A DNA stretch of 64,000 bases from Bacteroidales bacterium (GTDB taxonomy: Bacteria; Bacteroidota; Bacteroidia; Bacteroidales; JAIOZK01). Below are positions 18,986 to 29,548 of the stretch, piece after piece. The DNA lies in assembly GCA_021740625.1 (NCBI GenBank), contig JAIOZK010000002.1, positions 248,497 to 312,496 of the forward strand, given 5' to 3'. Under the pieces are notes generated by a model. That model was not told the DNA's origin. It did no database searches and saw nothing but the letters and a program-made list of their open reading frames with translations. Made by a program: the position numbers and the translations under genes. Positions within the stretch are counted from its first letter, which is position 1. The number at the start of each line of letters is the position of its first letter.

Positions 18986-20815
18986 TTAGTGATTTTGATT
19001 TTTATCAGGAATCAGGTATACCGCTATGATCAGATCATCAATCCGGAAACTTTTACGACGTGGATTCCAGAAATAAAACTTAACCAGATCTTGTGAAGAA
19101 GAGATTTCTGATAATTTGAGTTTTAACTGTTTGTCTCTCCAAACATGCGTCCGGTCATCGGGAAGGGCTTTCATGCGAAAGCTTTTGTAAAACTTTTTAA
19201 CACCCTCTGCTGTGGTAACAGAAGCAACAAAATAAGTGTGCATGGCAGCATTGGTGTCAACTTCCATCATGTCTAAGTTGACCTTTATAAAATACTCCGA
19301 CTTAAACAAATGAAAATCTTTTGCTGGTAAACTGAGTGTGCACCCAAATTCGGTTTCTCGGTCAAACGCACAAACCGTATCAGGAGATCCCTGCATGTTG
19401 CGGATTTCTGTCTTTTTAACATGCCACCCCTCTTTACTTTGGTCGAAAGAATTTCGAAATTTATCAAGCAGAACCAGTTCATCTTCTTTGTAAATGCTTT
19501 CAGGCATCCCACCCAGGCTGTTTACATAACTTTTATCAGACTTCAGAAAAACATACCAATATTTGTTTTCGTTCATGCCTGCATGATGAATGATGCTGTT
19601 CTGGTATTGCCAGGTCTGAAATATATTCAGGAATACAACGCAAATGAATACAAGGGCAGCCATGTATTTTGATGCTTTGTTTTGAAATAATCCCAACAAA
19701 TATGCCAGCAGAACGGCAAAAAAAGCATAATAATCTATATAGGGACGCATGCCGAAACTATCGCCGTAATACCAGTTCCACCAGGAAGAAATGAAGTAGG
19801 TGATCATCAGGAAGAACAAAATGCCCGCCATTGCTTTCTTCCTGGAAATTCTAAACAGGGGAATCAATCCGAATAAAGAAACAAGAATAAGTGGTGTATA
19901 AACAAATAAACCTTTCCGGTAACTGAAGAGTACATTGATGATTTGAGGACGGTCGAAATAGAAACCCTCATGCTTATATGTCCATTGAAAAATTTCTCCT
20001 GTCTGTATGAGGTTGATGATAAACTGTATGCTGATGATCAGGATGAAAGGAAGGACCAGGATGAAAAGCTGCCATCTGGAATATATAAGTTGAATGATCT
20101 TTTTGAGCAGCAGTTTGCGATCCGGGATCAGGAAAAAGACCAGGAAAACAGCCAGCACATTGAAAGGCCTGATTAGCACGCTGAGGCCAAAAGTGACTGA
20201 AAGCAAGAATAAATCCCAGGTTTTGAGACCCATGAAAGACTTGTGCAGAAAATACAGGAAAAGTGCGATCATTGAAAAGGAGTATGCATGGGAGGTGCCC
20301 GGATGAAGGAAGGTATAGAAAAATAAATTTGTTCCGAGCAATATCAGGGCAATGCTGATGAAGGAAGTCATTTTTTTCATTCCAAGTCTGCGAAGCAAAC
20401 GGAAAGTATAAAGCAAACCAAGCCAGGAATAGAAAACAGCCGCAACTACAACTCCGTAATGAAAAATTGTCGAATAGCCATCGGTTCCCAGATCGAAAAC
20501 AAATGCCAGTAGCCATGAAATCAGGAAAAAGGGCAGGATCAGAAGCGCAGTACCTGCCGTGTATTTATTGATTAGAATATCTCCCTCTTTTAGATAATAA
20601 TGCTTGTTGGTGAGCCTGCTGCCTCCGCTTTGCTCAATCTCAGCGATCTTTGTAAAGTCCAGACTGTGATGGATAAATACAGCCGGCAGATAGGCGTAAT
20701 ACCCCCGGCCATCACCACCAATGATCTCTGTCCTGAATCCATGCGGGGTCCAGTTGCACAAGGCTGCCGTCATCATCATGAACAGCAGAAGCAGATATCT
20801 GATCTTTGGTGACAA
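18986..20815 (-). CDS. Polytopic membrane protein, probable GT-C glycosyltransferase, with a soluble C-terminal domain
   Basis: GDGRGYYAYLPA, KYTAGTALL, SHAYSF, KGLFVYTP and WWNWYYGDSFGMRPY motifs. Confidence 0.7.
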   Translation of the reverse strand: MSPKIRYLLLLFMMMTAALCNWTPHGFRTEIIGGDGRGYYAYLPAVFIHHSLDFTKIAEIEQSGGSRLTNKHYYLKEGDILINKYTAGTALLILPFFLISWLLAFVFDLGTDGYSTIFHYGVVVAAVFYSWLGLLYTFRLLRRLGMKKMTSFISIALILLGTNLFFYTFLHPGTSHAYSFSMIALFLYFLHKSFMGLKTWDLFLLSVTFGLSVLIRPFNVLAVFLVFFLIPDRKLLLKKIIQLIYSRWQLFILVLPFILIISIQFIINLIQTGEIFQWTYKHEGFYFDRPQIINVLFSYRKGLFVYTPLILVSLFGLIPLFRISRKKAMAGILFFLMITYFISSWWNWYYGDSFGMRPYIDYYAFFAVLLAYLLGLFQNKASKYMAALVFICVVFLNIFQTWQYQNSIIHHAGMNENKYWYVFLKSDKSYVNSLGGMPESIYKEDELVLLDKFRNSFDQSKEGWHVKKTEIRNMQGSPDTVCAFDRETEFGCTLSLPAKDFHLFKSEYFIKVNLDMMEVDTNAAMHTYFVASVTTAEGVKKFYKSFRMKALPDDRTHVWRDKQLKLKLSEISSSQDLVKFYFWNPRRKSFRIDDLIIAVYLIPDKNQNH

Positions 20816-21026
20816 TGAATTATTGCTTTAATGTTTCATTCGATGTCTCAAAGTTCATGATTTTTCTTAAAAGAAATAAATACTGCTACAAAAAATCAGC
20901 ATACGCAAAATGTGAAAAACCCAATTTGGAATAAGCAATAATTATATATATATTTGTATATATAAGTACTATTATCTTGAAGGTCAGAATCAAAAATATT
21001 AAATAACCAATAAAACAATCAATCCT

Positions 21027-21431
21027 ATGAAACATTTTATCAGATTACTTACTGCATTCCTGATATTCATGCTCACTGGTTTTCTTGCCATTTCCCAGGA
21101 TGATGGTGAATGGGTTGTCCCTGAAAAGTACAAAACCATGGAAAACCCAACAGAAAATTCCAAGATGAACCTACGGATCGGAAAAGTGCTTTACGCAAAG
21201 CATTGCAAATCATGCCATGGTTCGAATGGGTTGGGAGATGGGCCAAAGGCTGCCTCTTTGGATACTTTCAGCGGTGATTTTTCTTCAGAGGTATTCCAGT
21301 CGCAGACAGATGGAGAATTATATTACAAAACAACTTTCGGTAAGGATGAAATGCCGGCATTTGATAAAACAATTCCCAGTGACGAAGATCGCTGGCTGAT
21401 TGTGCATTATATGCGTACTTTTTCTGAATAA
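21027..21431 (+). CDS. Exported monoheme c-type cytochrome
   Basis: Signal peptide, CKSCH heme-binding motif, distal MPAF. Confidence 0.9.
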   Translation: MKHFIRLLTAFLIFMLTGFLAISQDDGEWVVPEKYKTMENPTENSKMNLRIGKVLYAKHCKSCHGSNGLGDGPKAASLDTFSGDFSSEVFQSQTDGELYYKTTFGKDEMPAFDKTIPSDEDRWLIVHYMRTFSE

Positions 21432-21580
21432 TGGTTTTGTCATTAAATTGAGGTTCTGCTTACAAATTTCAAAAATATTGGAATTTTCCTTTTAAAAGTG
21501 TAAGTTTTTATTATTTTTTTGCTGTCTGATTGATAATTTTGTAGTCTCATTCTTATTCATGAAATTTTAAAATTATTGCG

Positions 21581-22780
21581 ATGAAAAAAGATCCGGCTAC
21601 AAGAATTCAGATGTTAGAACAATTCGGTGAATTTGGAGGCGTGAACCCCTCGGTAACCGATTCAGCCACCTATACTTTTATGCAGGCCAAGACCATGCTT
21701 GAGACTTTCACTGGTGAGGCCGAAGGTTGCTTTTTGTATTCCAGGCACTGGAACCCGAGCAATAAATTTCTGGCAGATGCCATTGCTGCCATGGAAGACA
21801 CGGAAGCCGCCTGGGTAACAGCATCCGGCATGAGCGCCATTTCCAATGCAATCATGGGAATTTGTAAAGCAGACGACCACATCGTTTCAAGCGTTACCAC
21901 CTATGGAGGTACCTTTGCATTGCTCAACAATTACCTTCCAAAATTCAACATTGAAACCACTTTCGTTAACATTACGGATCTCGATGCGGTGGAAAAGGCC
22001 ATACGTCCCAATACAAAGATCCTTTATACAGAAAGTGTGACCAATCCATTGCTGCAAATTTCTGATATTCCCAGGCTTGCGGAAATTGCAAAAAAACATG
22101 GGATAAAGCTCATGGTTGATAATACTTTTACTCCCATGATCATTGAACCGGCGAAACTGGGTGCCGATGTAGTGGTTTACAGCCTGACTAAATTTGTGAA
22201 TGGTAAAAACGATTGTGTAGCAGGCGCCATTGCTGCAGATGCTGAGTTCATCAGCAGTTTGATCGATGTGAACGATGGAACTTCCATGCTGCTGGGACCC
22301 GTCCTGGATCCCATGCGATCATCGCAAATCCTGAAAAATATGCATACCCTCCACATCAGAATGAAACAGCACAGCGAGAATGCATCTTATCTTGCTGCCA
22401 AACTGGACGAGCTCGGATTAAAGGTTGTTTACCCGGGTTTTGATACACATCCCGGTCATGAGCTGATGAGCAGCATGATGAATGAAAAATACGGATATGG
22501 AGGCATGTTGACCATCGATATGGAAACAAGTGAACGTGCAGCCAAATTGATGGAATGTATGGAAGAAAAAGGGGCAGGTTACCTGGCCGTGAGTCTGGGT
22601 TATTTCAAAACCCTTTTCAGCAATTCCGGAAAAAGTACTTCTTCCGAAGTGCCGGAAGAAACACAAAAGGAAATGGGTATGTCAGAAGGACTGATCCGTT
22701 TTTCTGTCGGACTTGATAATGAAATTGAAAATACATTTGAAATGATCAAAGCCTGTTTGGAAGAATTGAAATTTCTTTAA
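21581..22780 (+). CDS. Cys/Met metabolism PLP-dependent enzyme (methionine gamma-lyase-like)
   Basis: YSRHWNP, ASGMSAI, VDNTF, YSLTKF (PLP lysine), AVSLG, GLIRFSVG. Confidence 0.85.
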   Translation: MKKDPATRIQMLEQFGEFGGVNPSVTDSATYTFMQAKTMLETFTGEAEGCFLYSRHWNPSNKFLADAIAAMEDTEAAWVTASGMSAISNAIMGICKADDHIVSSVTTYGGTFALLNNYLPKFNIETTFVNITDLDAVEKAIRPNTKILYTESVTNPLLQISDIPRLAEIAKKHGIKLMVDNTFTPMIIEPAKLGADVVVYSLTKFVNGKNDCVAGAIAADAEFISSLIDVNDGTSMLLGPVLDPMRSSQILKNMHTLHIRMKQHSENASYLAAKLDELGLKVVYPGFDTHPGHELMSSMMNEKYGYGGMLTIDMETSERAAKLMECMEEKGAGYLAVSLGYFKTLFSNSGKSTSSEVPEETQKEMGMSEGLIRFSVGLDNEIENTFEMIKACLEELKFL

Positions 22781-22854
22781 AATATAGTTTTGGTTAGTAT
22801 TGGGTTGATTTTGTAGCAGAAGGATTGCATAACCAGAATTCTGCTTTGTTCATG

Positions 22855-22882
22855 AGGGTAGCCGGAGCGGCTGCCCTTTTTT
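22855..22882 (+). terminator. Intrinsic terminator after the PLP enzyme gene
   Basis: AGGGTAGCCG-GAG-CGGCTGCCCT stem followed by a T run. Confidence 0.8.
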
Positions 22883-23062
22883 AATGGGGGTTGGTGTTGG
22901 TATGCTGGTTTAATGGGTTATTGTTATATTGGTGTAAGGATATATGGGTACAAAGCCAGTTTGCTCTTATTTAGAATTAATTTAGACAGTAGGGATGATT
23001 CTATTCGTTGGCTTTGCTGTATTTTTGAACATCAACATATTTAACTATTAAACTTAGAATAT

Positions 23063-23620
23063 ATGAAACCAAAATACAGATTACTGGAACATCCTTTTTA
23101 TCAGGCATGGAATGAAGGAAATATTAGTATTGAACAACTTTCGAAATACGGGGCTTCCTATGCTGAATTCATTGAGAGGATACCGGGATACTGGCAAAAA
23201 ATTGCACAGGCTTTTGCAGAACAGCAAACTGTAGCAGATGAAATTATTGCTGAAGAAACTGATCATATCCCGCTCTGGAATAAGTGGACTGACAAACTGG
23301 AAAAGCAGGATGATTTTCCCAGGATGACAAAAATATTTGAAGCATTTGAAAGTATGACGGCTTCCGAACTGCTGGGCGCCATACATGCATTTGAGATACA
23401 GCAACCCGAGGTAGCCGAAACCAAAAAGTGCGGTTTACTGGATCATTACGGTTTTGAAAATTCCGACCTGACATATTTCGATGAACACATGCAGGAAGAA
23501 AAGCACATTGCTTATGGAAGGCACCTGGCCGAGAAATTCGCCCGAAAAAGTGAATTCAATGCAGGATTTGAAAAAGGCAGTAAATTGATCTATGATGGCC
23601 TAAACCTGTTTATGAATTAG
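23063..23620 (+). CDS. CADD-like heme-oxygenase-like metal oxidase (TenA/PqqC/CADD superfamily)
   Basis: LLEHPFYQAW, EETDHIPLW, AFEIQQPEVAETKKCGL, YFDEHMQEEKH. Confidence 0.8.
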   Translation: MKPKYRLLEHPFYQAWNEGNISIEQLSKYGASYAEFIERIPGYWQKIAQAFAEQQTVADEIIAEETDHIPLWNKWTDKLEKQDDFPRMTKIFEAFESMTASELLGAIHAFEIQQPEVAETKKCGLLDHYGFENSDLTYFDEHMQEEKHIAYGRHLAEKFARKSEFNAGFEKGSKLIYDGLNLFMN

Positions 23621-26510
23621 TTTTAAGCTCCTGTTCATATTCTTCCGGTGACAAGCATGTGCAAACCAGGTTCCTGTCGCCAAAGGCATCATCGATGCGG
23701 GTGACCGGGCTAAAGTATTTGTCGACCCAGATCATCTCTACGGGGAATGCCGCCTTTTGCCTGCTGTAAGGTAAATTCCATTCATCGGCTGTAAGCATTT
23801 CAGCAGTATGGGGTGCTTTTTTGATCAGGTTAGTTTCTTTGTCGGCTTTGCCTTCTTCAATTTCTCTGATCTCTTCCCGTATGTGTTCCATGGCTTCGAC
23901 AAAGCGCTTCAGTTCAACCAGGGGTTCACTCTCGGTGGGTTCCACCATGAGGGTTCCGTGAACCGGAAAGGCCACTGTCGGGGCATGAAAGCCGTAATCC
24001 ATCAAACGTTTGGCGATGTCAACGGGGGTTAGGTCTGCGGTTTTATGGAATTCATTGCAGTCGATGATGAATTCATGGGCCACTCTGCTGTTCTTTCCTG
24101 TGTATAGTATTTTGTATTTTTTCTCCAGGGCCGATTTCAGGTAATTGGCATTGAGAATGGCATAACGGGTTGCTTCTGTCAGCCCCTTTGTTCCCAGGAG
24201 TTTGATGTATCCGTAAGATATGGTTAGTATCAGGGAGCTTCCGAAAGGAGCGGAAGCAATTGCGTGTATTCCCTTTTTACCGCCTGTATTGACATAAGCA
24301 TGTTTGGGCAGAAAAGGAGCCAGGTGTTTGGCGACGCCGATGGGGCCAACGCCCGGACCACCACCGCCATGCGGAATGGCAAAGGTCTTATGCAAATTCA
24401 GGTGGCACACGTCTGCATGGATCATGGCCGGGTTGGTGAGGCCAACCTGGGCGTTCATGTTGGCACCATCCATGTAAACAAGGCCGCCATTATCATGCAC
24501 AAGCCTGATAATGTCCAGGATGTTTTGCTCAAAAACACCATGCGTTGAAGGATAGGTGATCATGGTGGCTGCAAGTTTGTCCTTGTGCTGCTCGGCTTTG
24601 GCTTTCATGTCATCCAGGTCGATATTCCCCTGTTCATCGCATTTTACAACGACCACTTTCATCCCGGCCATTACTGAGCTGGCTGGATTGGTTCCGTGAG
24701 CAGATGAGGGAATGAGGCAAACATTGCGATCCCCCTGACCGATGCTTTTCTGGTATTCCCGGATCATCATCAGCCCGGTGTACTCACCGCTGGCTCCGGA
24801 ATTGGGCTGAAAAGAAATGGCCGAAAAGCCAGTAATTTCACAAAGTTCTTTTTCCAGGTTCTCGATCAACTGGTGATAACCGGCAGCCTGGTTTGCAGGT
24901 ACGAAAGGATGAATATTTGTGAATTCAGGCCATGAAAGGGCAAACATCTCGGCCGCTGCATTCAGCTTCATGGTGCAGGAACCGAGGGGAATCATGGTAC
25001 GGTTTAAAGCCAAATCCCTGTTTTCAAGCTTCTTCAGGTAGCGCATCATTTCCGTTTCCGAATGATAGGCATTGAAACATTCCTGTTGCAGGAAATCAGT
25101 ATTACGCATAAGCTGCTCCGGCAGTGTATTTATGTCTGAGCAATTATCATGTGAGCATTCAAATTCTTCAAACTTTTTGTTGACCGACATGGCCAGGATT
25201 TTAACAATATTGTTCAGGTCTTCGATTGAAGTCGTCTCATCCAGGCTGATACCGATGCTTTTGTTGTCGATATAACGGAAGTTGACCAAATTGTATAGTG
25301 CATTTTTCCTGACTTCATCAATACTGCTTCCTTCTGGAGGTAAAATTTCTATGGTATCGAAGAAATACTCATTCAGTTGCTGATAGCCATACTTTTTAAC
25401 TTCTCTTGCCAGAACGCCGGCCATCAGGTTGATATTTTTTGCTATTTCTTTAATGCCTTCAGGTCCGTGATACTGGGCATACATGCCTGCCATGTTGGCG
25501 AGCAATGCCTGAGCAGTGCAAATATTGGAAGTGGCGCGTTCACGTTTGATGTGCTGCTCACGTGTTTGCAATGCCATGCGGAGGGCCGGTTTGCCGTTGG
25601 CATCTTTGGATACGCCAATGATCCTGCCCGGAATGTTTCGCTTGAATTCTTCGGTTGTGGCAAAATATCCTGCATGCGGACCGCCGTAACCCATGGGAAT
25701 TCCAAAACGCTGGCTAGAGCCTACAGCCACATCAGCCCCCCATTCACCGGGAGGTGTCAAAAGTGCAAGACTCATGATGTCGGCTGCAACTACCACTTTG
25801 ATGTCGTTTTGATGTGCTTTTTGGATAAAATCTTTGAAATCCCTTATGTTTCCTTTTTGATCCGGGTATTGCACGATGGCCCCGAATGTCATTTCGTCAA
25901 ATTCGACCTTTTCATGGTCACCGATAAGCAGTTCTATGCCGAGCGATTCTGACCGTGTCTTCAGGATATCAATGGTATGTGGAAACAAATGATCCGCAAC
26001 AAAAAATTTGTTGACGCCCTTTTTCTTCATGGCCCGGGGCATGGCATTGTAAAGCATGATCATGGCTTCGGCTGCTGCCGTGCCTTCATCAAGCAGGGAG
26101 GAATTGGCCAGGGGCAAGCCCGTGAGTTCCACGATCATGGTCTGGAAATTGAGTAATGCTTCCAGCCTCCCCTGCGATATCTCAGCCTGATAAGGCGTAT
26201 AAGAAGTATACCAGCCTGGATTTTCAAGAACATTGCGTTGTATTACACCTGGTATGACCGTATTGTAATACCCGAGGCCGATATAGGATTTATAGATTTT
26301 ATTCTGTGCTGCCAGACCCTTGATGTGTTCCATGTATTCCTGTTCGCTCAAACCTTCACCCAGCTTCATCTCTTCTTTCAGCCTTATCGCTTCGGGCAGG
26401 GTCTCATCCATCAACTGATCCAGTGATTCCACGCCAATCATTTCCAGCATTTCTTTCAAGTCACTTTCTCTCGGGCCGTTATGGCGCTTGATAAAATTAT
26501 TCCTGATCAT
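23610..26510 (-). CDS. gcvP: Glycine dehydrogenase (decarboxylating), glycine cleavage P protein
   Basis: YTPYQAEISQGRLE, ATSNICTAQ, LGSCTMKLN, HLNLHKTF, MVEPTESE. Confidence 0.97.
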   Translation of the reverse strand: MIRNNFIKRHNGPRESDLKEMLEMIGVESLDQLMDETLPEAIRLKEEMKLGEGLSEQEYMEHIKGLAAQNKIYKSYIGLGYYNTVIPGVIQRNVLENPGWYTSYTPYQAEISQGRLEALLNFQTMIVELTGLPLANSSLLDEGTAAAEAMIMLYNAMPRAMKKKGVNKFFVADHLFPHTIDILKTRSESLGIELLIGDHEKVEFDEMTFGAIVQYPDQKGNIRDFKDFIQKAHQNDIKVVVAADIMSLALLTPPGEWGADVAVGSSQRFGIPMGYGGPHAGYFATTEEFKRNIPGRIIGVSKDANGKPALRMALQTREQHIKRERATSNICTAQALLANMAGMYAQYHGPEGIKEIAKNINLMAGVLAREVKKYGYQQLNEYFFDTIEILPPEGSSIDEVRKNALYNLVNFRYIDNKSIGISLDETTSIEDLNNIVKILAMSVNKKFEEFECSHDNCSDINTLPEQLMRNTDFLQQECFNAYHSETEMMRYLKKLENRDLALNRTMIPLGSCTMKLNAAAEMFALSWPEFTNIHPFVPANQAAGYHQLIENLEKELCEITGFSAISFQPNSGASGEYTGLMMIREYQKSIGQGDRNVCLIPSSAHGTNPASSVMAGMKVVVVKCDEQGNIDLDDMKAKAEQHKDKLAATMITYPSTHGVFEQNILDIIRLVHDNGGLVYMDGANMNAQVGLTNPAMIHADVCHLNLHKTFAIPHGGGGPGVGPIGVAKHLAPFLPKHAYVNTGGKKGIHAIASAPFGSSLILTISYGYIKLLGTKGLTEATRYAILNANYLKSALEKKYKILYTGKNSRVAHEFIIDCNEFHKTADLTPVDIAKRLMDYGFHAPTVAFPVHGTLMVEPTESEPLVELKRFVEAMEHIREEIREIEEGKADKETNLIKKAPHTAEMLTADEWNLPYSRQKAAFPVEMIWVDKYFSPVTRIDDAFGDRNLVCTCLSPEEYEQELKTNS

Positions 26511-26614
26511 AATTCAAATATTTACAAATCCTTCAAAATCATTTCAAAACAAAGCAATACCAAACAGGATCATAACACTTACGGTCTGTGTTTTGTTCTG
26601 TTTTCTTTGCTTTG

Positions 26615-26622
26615 CAAAGGTA
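26615..26622 (-). promoter_or_regulatory. -7 element (TACCTTTG) upstream of gcvP
   Basis: TAnnTTTG match about 105 nt upstream of the gcvP start. Confidence 0.5.
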
Positions 26623-26728
26623 AGAATCTTTGCTTTTGATATTCAGAATGCGTTAAAGTTTTGTGAATAAATTAACAGTAAAAACTTCCCGAAAGATTCT
26701 TCTGAGCTGGCAGTAGTTTTTCTGCCTG

Positions 26729-27948
26729 TTATTGAACGATGAATCTTGTGGCTGAACCTTCAGCAATGAGAAAATAACAGCCGGGTTTTAAACCATTGAT
26801 ATCAATCGTGTTTGTTTGATCCGCTAAAGTGATGCTTTTGATCATTCTTCCTTCCAGACTAAAAATATGGAAAGTTTTGTTTGTTATTTTCTTATTCACC
26901 TTCAGGTGAAGAATATCCCGGGCAGGGTTGGGGTAAATGGAGAATTGGGAAATGCGGTTTTCCTCCATATTGGTATATTGAAAAAATCCCCAGAAAAATC
27001 TTTCATGACCTGTGGTATCCCAGCCATTTTCATAATCCCATTGAAATCCGTTCTGTTCAACCTTATTGTAATGCTCATCATATAAATACTGTTGTTTTGA
27101 AAAGTTAACCCAGTCCGTCTCGTTATGATTCTGGTTAATGATTGATGCAATATAACCAACATCAAAGTACTCCGTTAAACGACGATAAAGTAACCTCCAA
27201 TTTGAATTTTCCCATCGTTGTGATATTGAGATTATCTCCTGATCGTATCCATCATATTCATATGTGTTTTTTCTGTCATTGATCCACGCTGCCGAATCAT
27301 CACTCCATTCGGTTTTAAGAAGAGTTGCCAGGAGTCCGGATGCGGAATAAAAATAGAAATCTTTCTTTAATTTTTCCCATTCTCATCGTATTCATAATAG
27401 ACCTCCAGTGAATTAATCCATTGCTCCTGCTCAGGATCATAGAGTCTCGATAATTCGTATATATTGTAGCCTGCCTGATTGTATTCGTAAGTATACAAAA
27501 AACCCTGGCTGATATCACCTTGTGAATCCCTTGTAATCCATTCATAATGAGTTATATCTCCTGCTTCATTGTATTGATTATGAGTTATTATTCTCCATTC
27601 CGAGATGCTTTTATAATATTCCTCGATAATGATTTCTTTTAATACCGTATCAAAATGGTAATCAAAGCTTCGCCTTTCAACTTCTTCCCAGGTATTGCTG
27701 TCAGCATTGTATTGAATGGTTTCAGCATTCAAATACCTTCCATGGTTATTCCTGTTGCTGTAATAACGCTTTTCCAGTTCATCCAGATCATGATAGCTTG
27801 AATCGATGATCCAGGCGCCAGCCACCGTTGTCCGGTAAATTGTGAATTCTTGAATTTCTTTCCCCGGGAAGTGAATACCCGCCTGAAATTGAGAATAACT
27901 AGCTGTGATCAGGAGGGTCGCGAAAATTAATGTAAATAAAGACTTCAT
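26729..27948 (-). pseudogene. Disrupted T9SS type A cargo gene with W...YxYD beta-repeats
   Basis: The N-terminal ORF (27367..27948) has a signal peptide and ends YEYDENGKN*. A second frame from ~27380 is open as WEKLKKDFYFYSASGLL...WINDRKNTYEYD...NMEENRISQFSIYPNPARD...LKPGCYFL...RFIVQ* to 26729. Confidence 0.8.
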
Positions 27949-28056
27949 CTTGATTTGGTTTTGTATTTACTTCCAATGGTTTCATTTCTAACCTGGTAAG
28001 AATGTTAGAATAAAAGTAAAAATATTTAGGAAATCAAAAAAAATTTTAATGAAGAA

Positions 28057-29388
28057 TTATTTTTTTGATTCTTCAAGCCATTGATTCATCCTATCAATAA
28101 CCAACTGCTTCTGCTCATCTGGGAGGTTAGCAATTCGCGTAGCGTGGGTGCCGCCTTCTTTCACAACCTTCATCATGTTTTTCTTGTTTTTGAATTCAAC
28201 ACCTGAAGCGGTCCAGGGATCGTATTCCCCATAAATGAATATCATCCTGGGGTCATTCTCCTCGAAGTATTGCTGAACCTTTTGCATTGCCTTCTCTTCA
28301 TATTCATAATGCAGGCTGTCGGGCAGGAAAACACGGTATAAGTAATTTTCGGCAGTGGATATGCTGAGGTATTCCTCAAAATCTTTTGTATCATAACCAT
28401 AATAACCGATTTCACGGGCTGCCTGCACGAAGAAGGGAAGATAATCACCTCCACTGTTGAAGTAATCCGGGGAGGCTACCGCCATGAAATGTTTAAAAAC
28501 TGCTTCATTGTCAGCATCCTTTTCTGGTATGTTTTCAACATCTGCCATCCATTGCCAGAAGGCAAATGAATACTCCAGCACGCAAAAATCATAAACCTCT
28601 TCCACCGGGATCCTGAAATCCAGTTCATTTTCACGGATGAAGTTTTTGAACATGGGCATCAGGCTGTCTTTTTGTTGCAGCAGCCTGAGCTGGAATTCTT
28701 TGATGGCTTTTCTTTCTTTGCGCTTACCATTTTGTGCAATGAAAGGTTCATGCCGGCCGTCTTCCACGCCGAAGTTCAGGGGACAAACATAGGGTACCGA
28801 AAAACCCACATCATCGGGATAGAGGCTTTTGTGGAACATTACGGTTTGCCCGCCTTTGCTAATGCCGGTACTGATCCACTGTTCATCGTAAAGATCGTTA
28901 AAGGCTTTAATTATCGTGTGATGATCGGCAGCGGCATTTGCCACGGTGAGATGGTCCCAGTTCCCTTTTTCAGGAACTGATGTCCCGAAATAGCGGTGTT
29001 CCACCAGCAACTGGTTTCCGTCCACAATGCCTGTTATTTCTGTCTGGTACATGGGGATTTCTCCATAGGCAGCCCCATAACCTTCAGTCACGATTACCAT
29101 GGGTTTATCAAAATCTTGATGATTGAGGTAAATGCGCTGGAGAAAAAATCCATCTGTACTGTCTTTATGGTTTACAGATTGCAGGAAACTGATCCTGTAT
29201 TTGCCTTTCCAATTTCCTGCAACCTTCATTTTTTCAACATCAACTACTCCAGGCAAGGCTTTGATCCTTGTAATGAATGCCGAATCCTCAGCTGTGATTT
29301 CTACGGGTTCCTGTGCTGTAAGTTTTTGCTCGTTGATGAATAATGCAACAAACAGAAGGGTGAAAAATAGTGAAAGTGCCTTTTTCAT
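28057..29388 (-). CDS. Secreted serine peptidase, S28/S37 (PS-10-like) family
   Basis: Signal peptide; VEHRYFG, TGISKGG nucleophile elbow, YGEYDPW, GTH. Confidence 0.85.
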   Translation of the reverse strand: MKKALSLFFTLLFVALFINEQKLTAQEPVEITAEDSAFITRIKALPGVVDVEKMKVAGNWKGKYRISFLQSVNHKDSTDGFFLQRIYLNHQDFDKPMVIVTEGYGAAYGEIPMYQTEITGIVDGNQLLVEHRYFGTSVPEKGNWDHLTVANAAADHHTIIKAFNDLYDEQWISTGISKGGQTVMFHKSLYPDDVGFSVPYVCPLNFGVEDGRHEPFIAQNGKRKERKAIKEFQLRLLQQKDSLMPMFKNFIRENELDFRIPVEEVYDFCVLEYSFAFWQWMADVENIPEKDADNEAVFKHFMAVASPDYFNSGGDYLPFFVQAAREIGYYGYDTKDFEEYLSISTAENYLYRVFLPDSLHYEYEEKAMQKVQQYFEENDPRMIFIYGEYDPWTASGVEFKNKKNMMKVVKEGGTHATRIANLPDEQKQLVIDRMNQWLEESKK

Positions 29389-29548
29389 TGTATATCTTTT
29401 TTATCCGTTTGCGAAAATAAATCTTTTGCCATGATTTTACTTTAACTTTTAAGCAAACGGATCAAATGAATTCATATCTGGTATGAAAGTATTTATTAAA
29501 ATACCCGAATTTTAAGTAATTTCGGGCTTTAATTTTGAAGCCTGTCAA

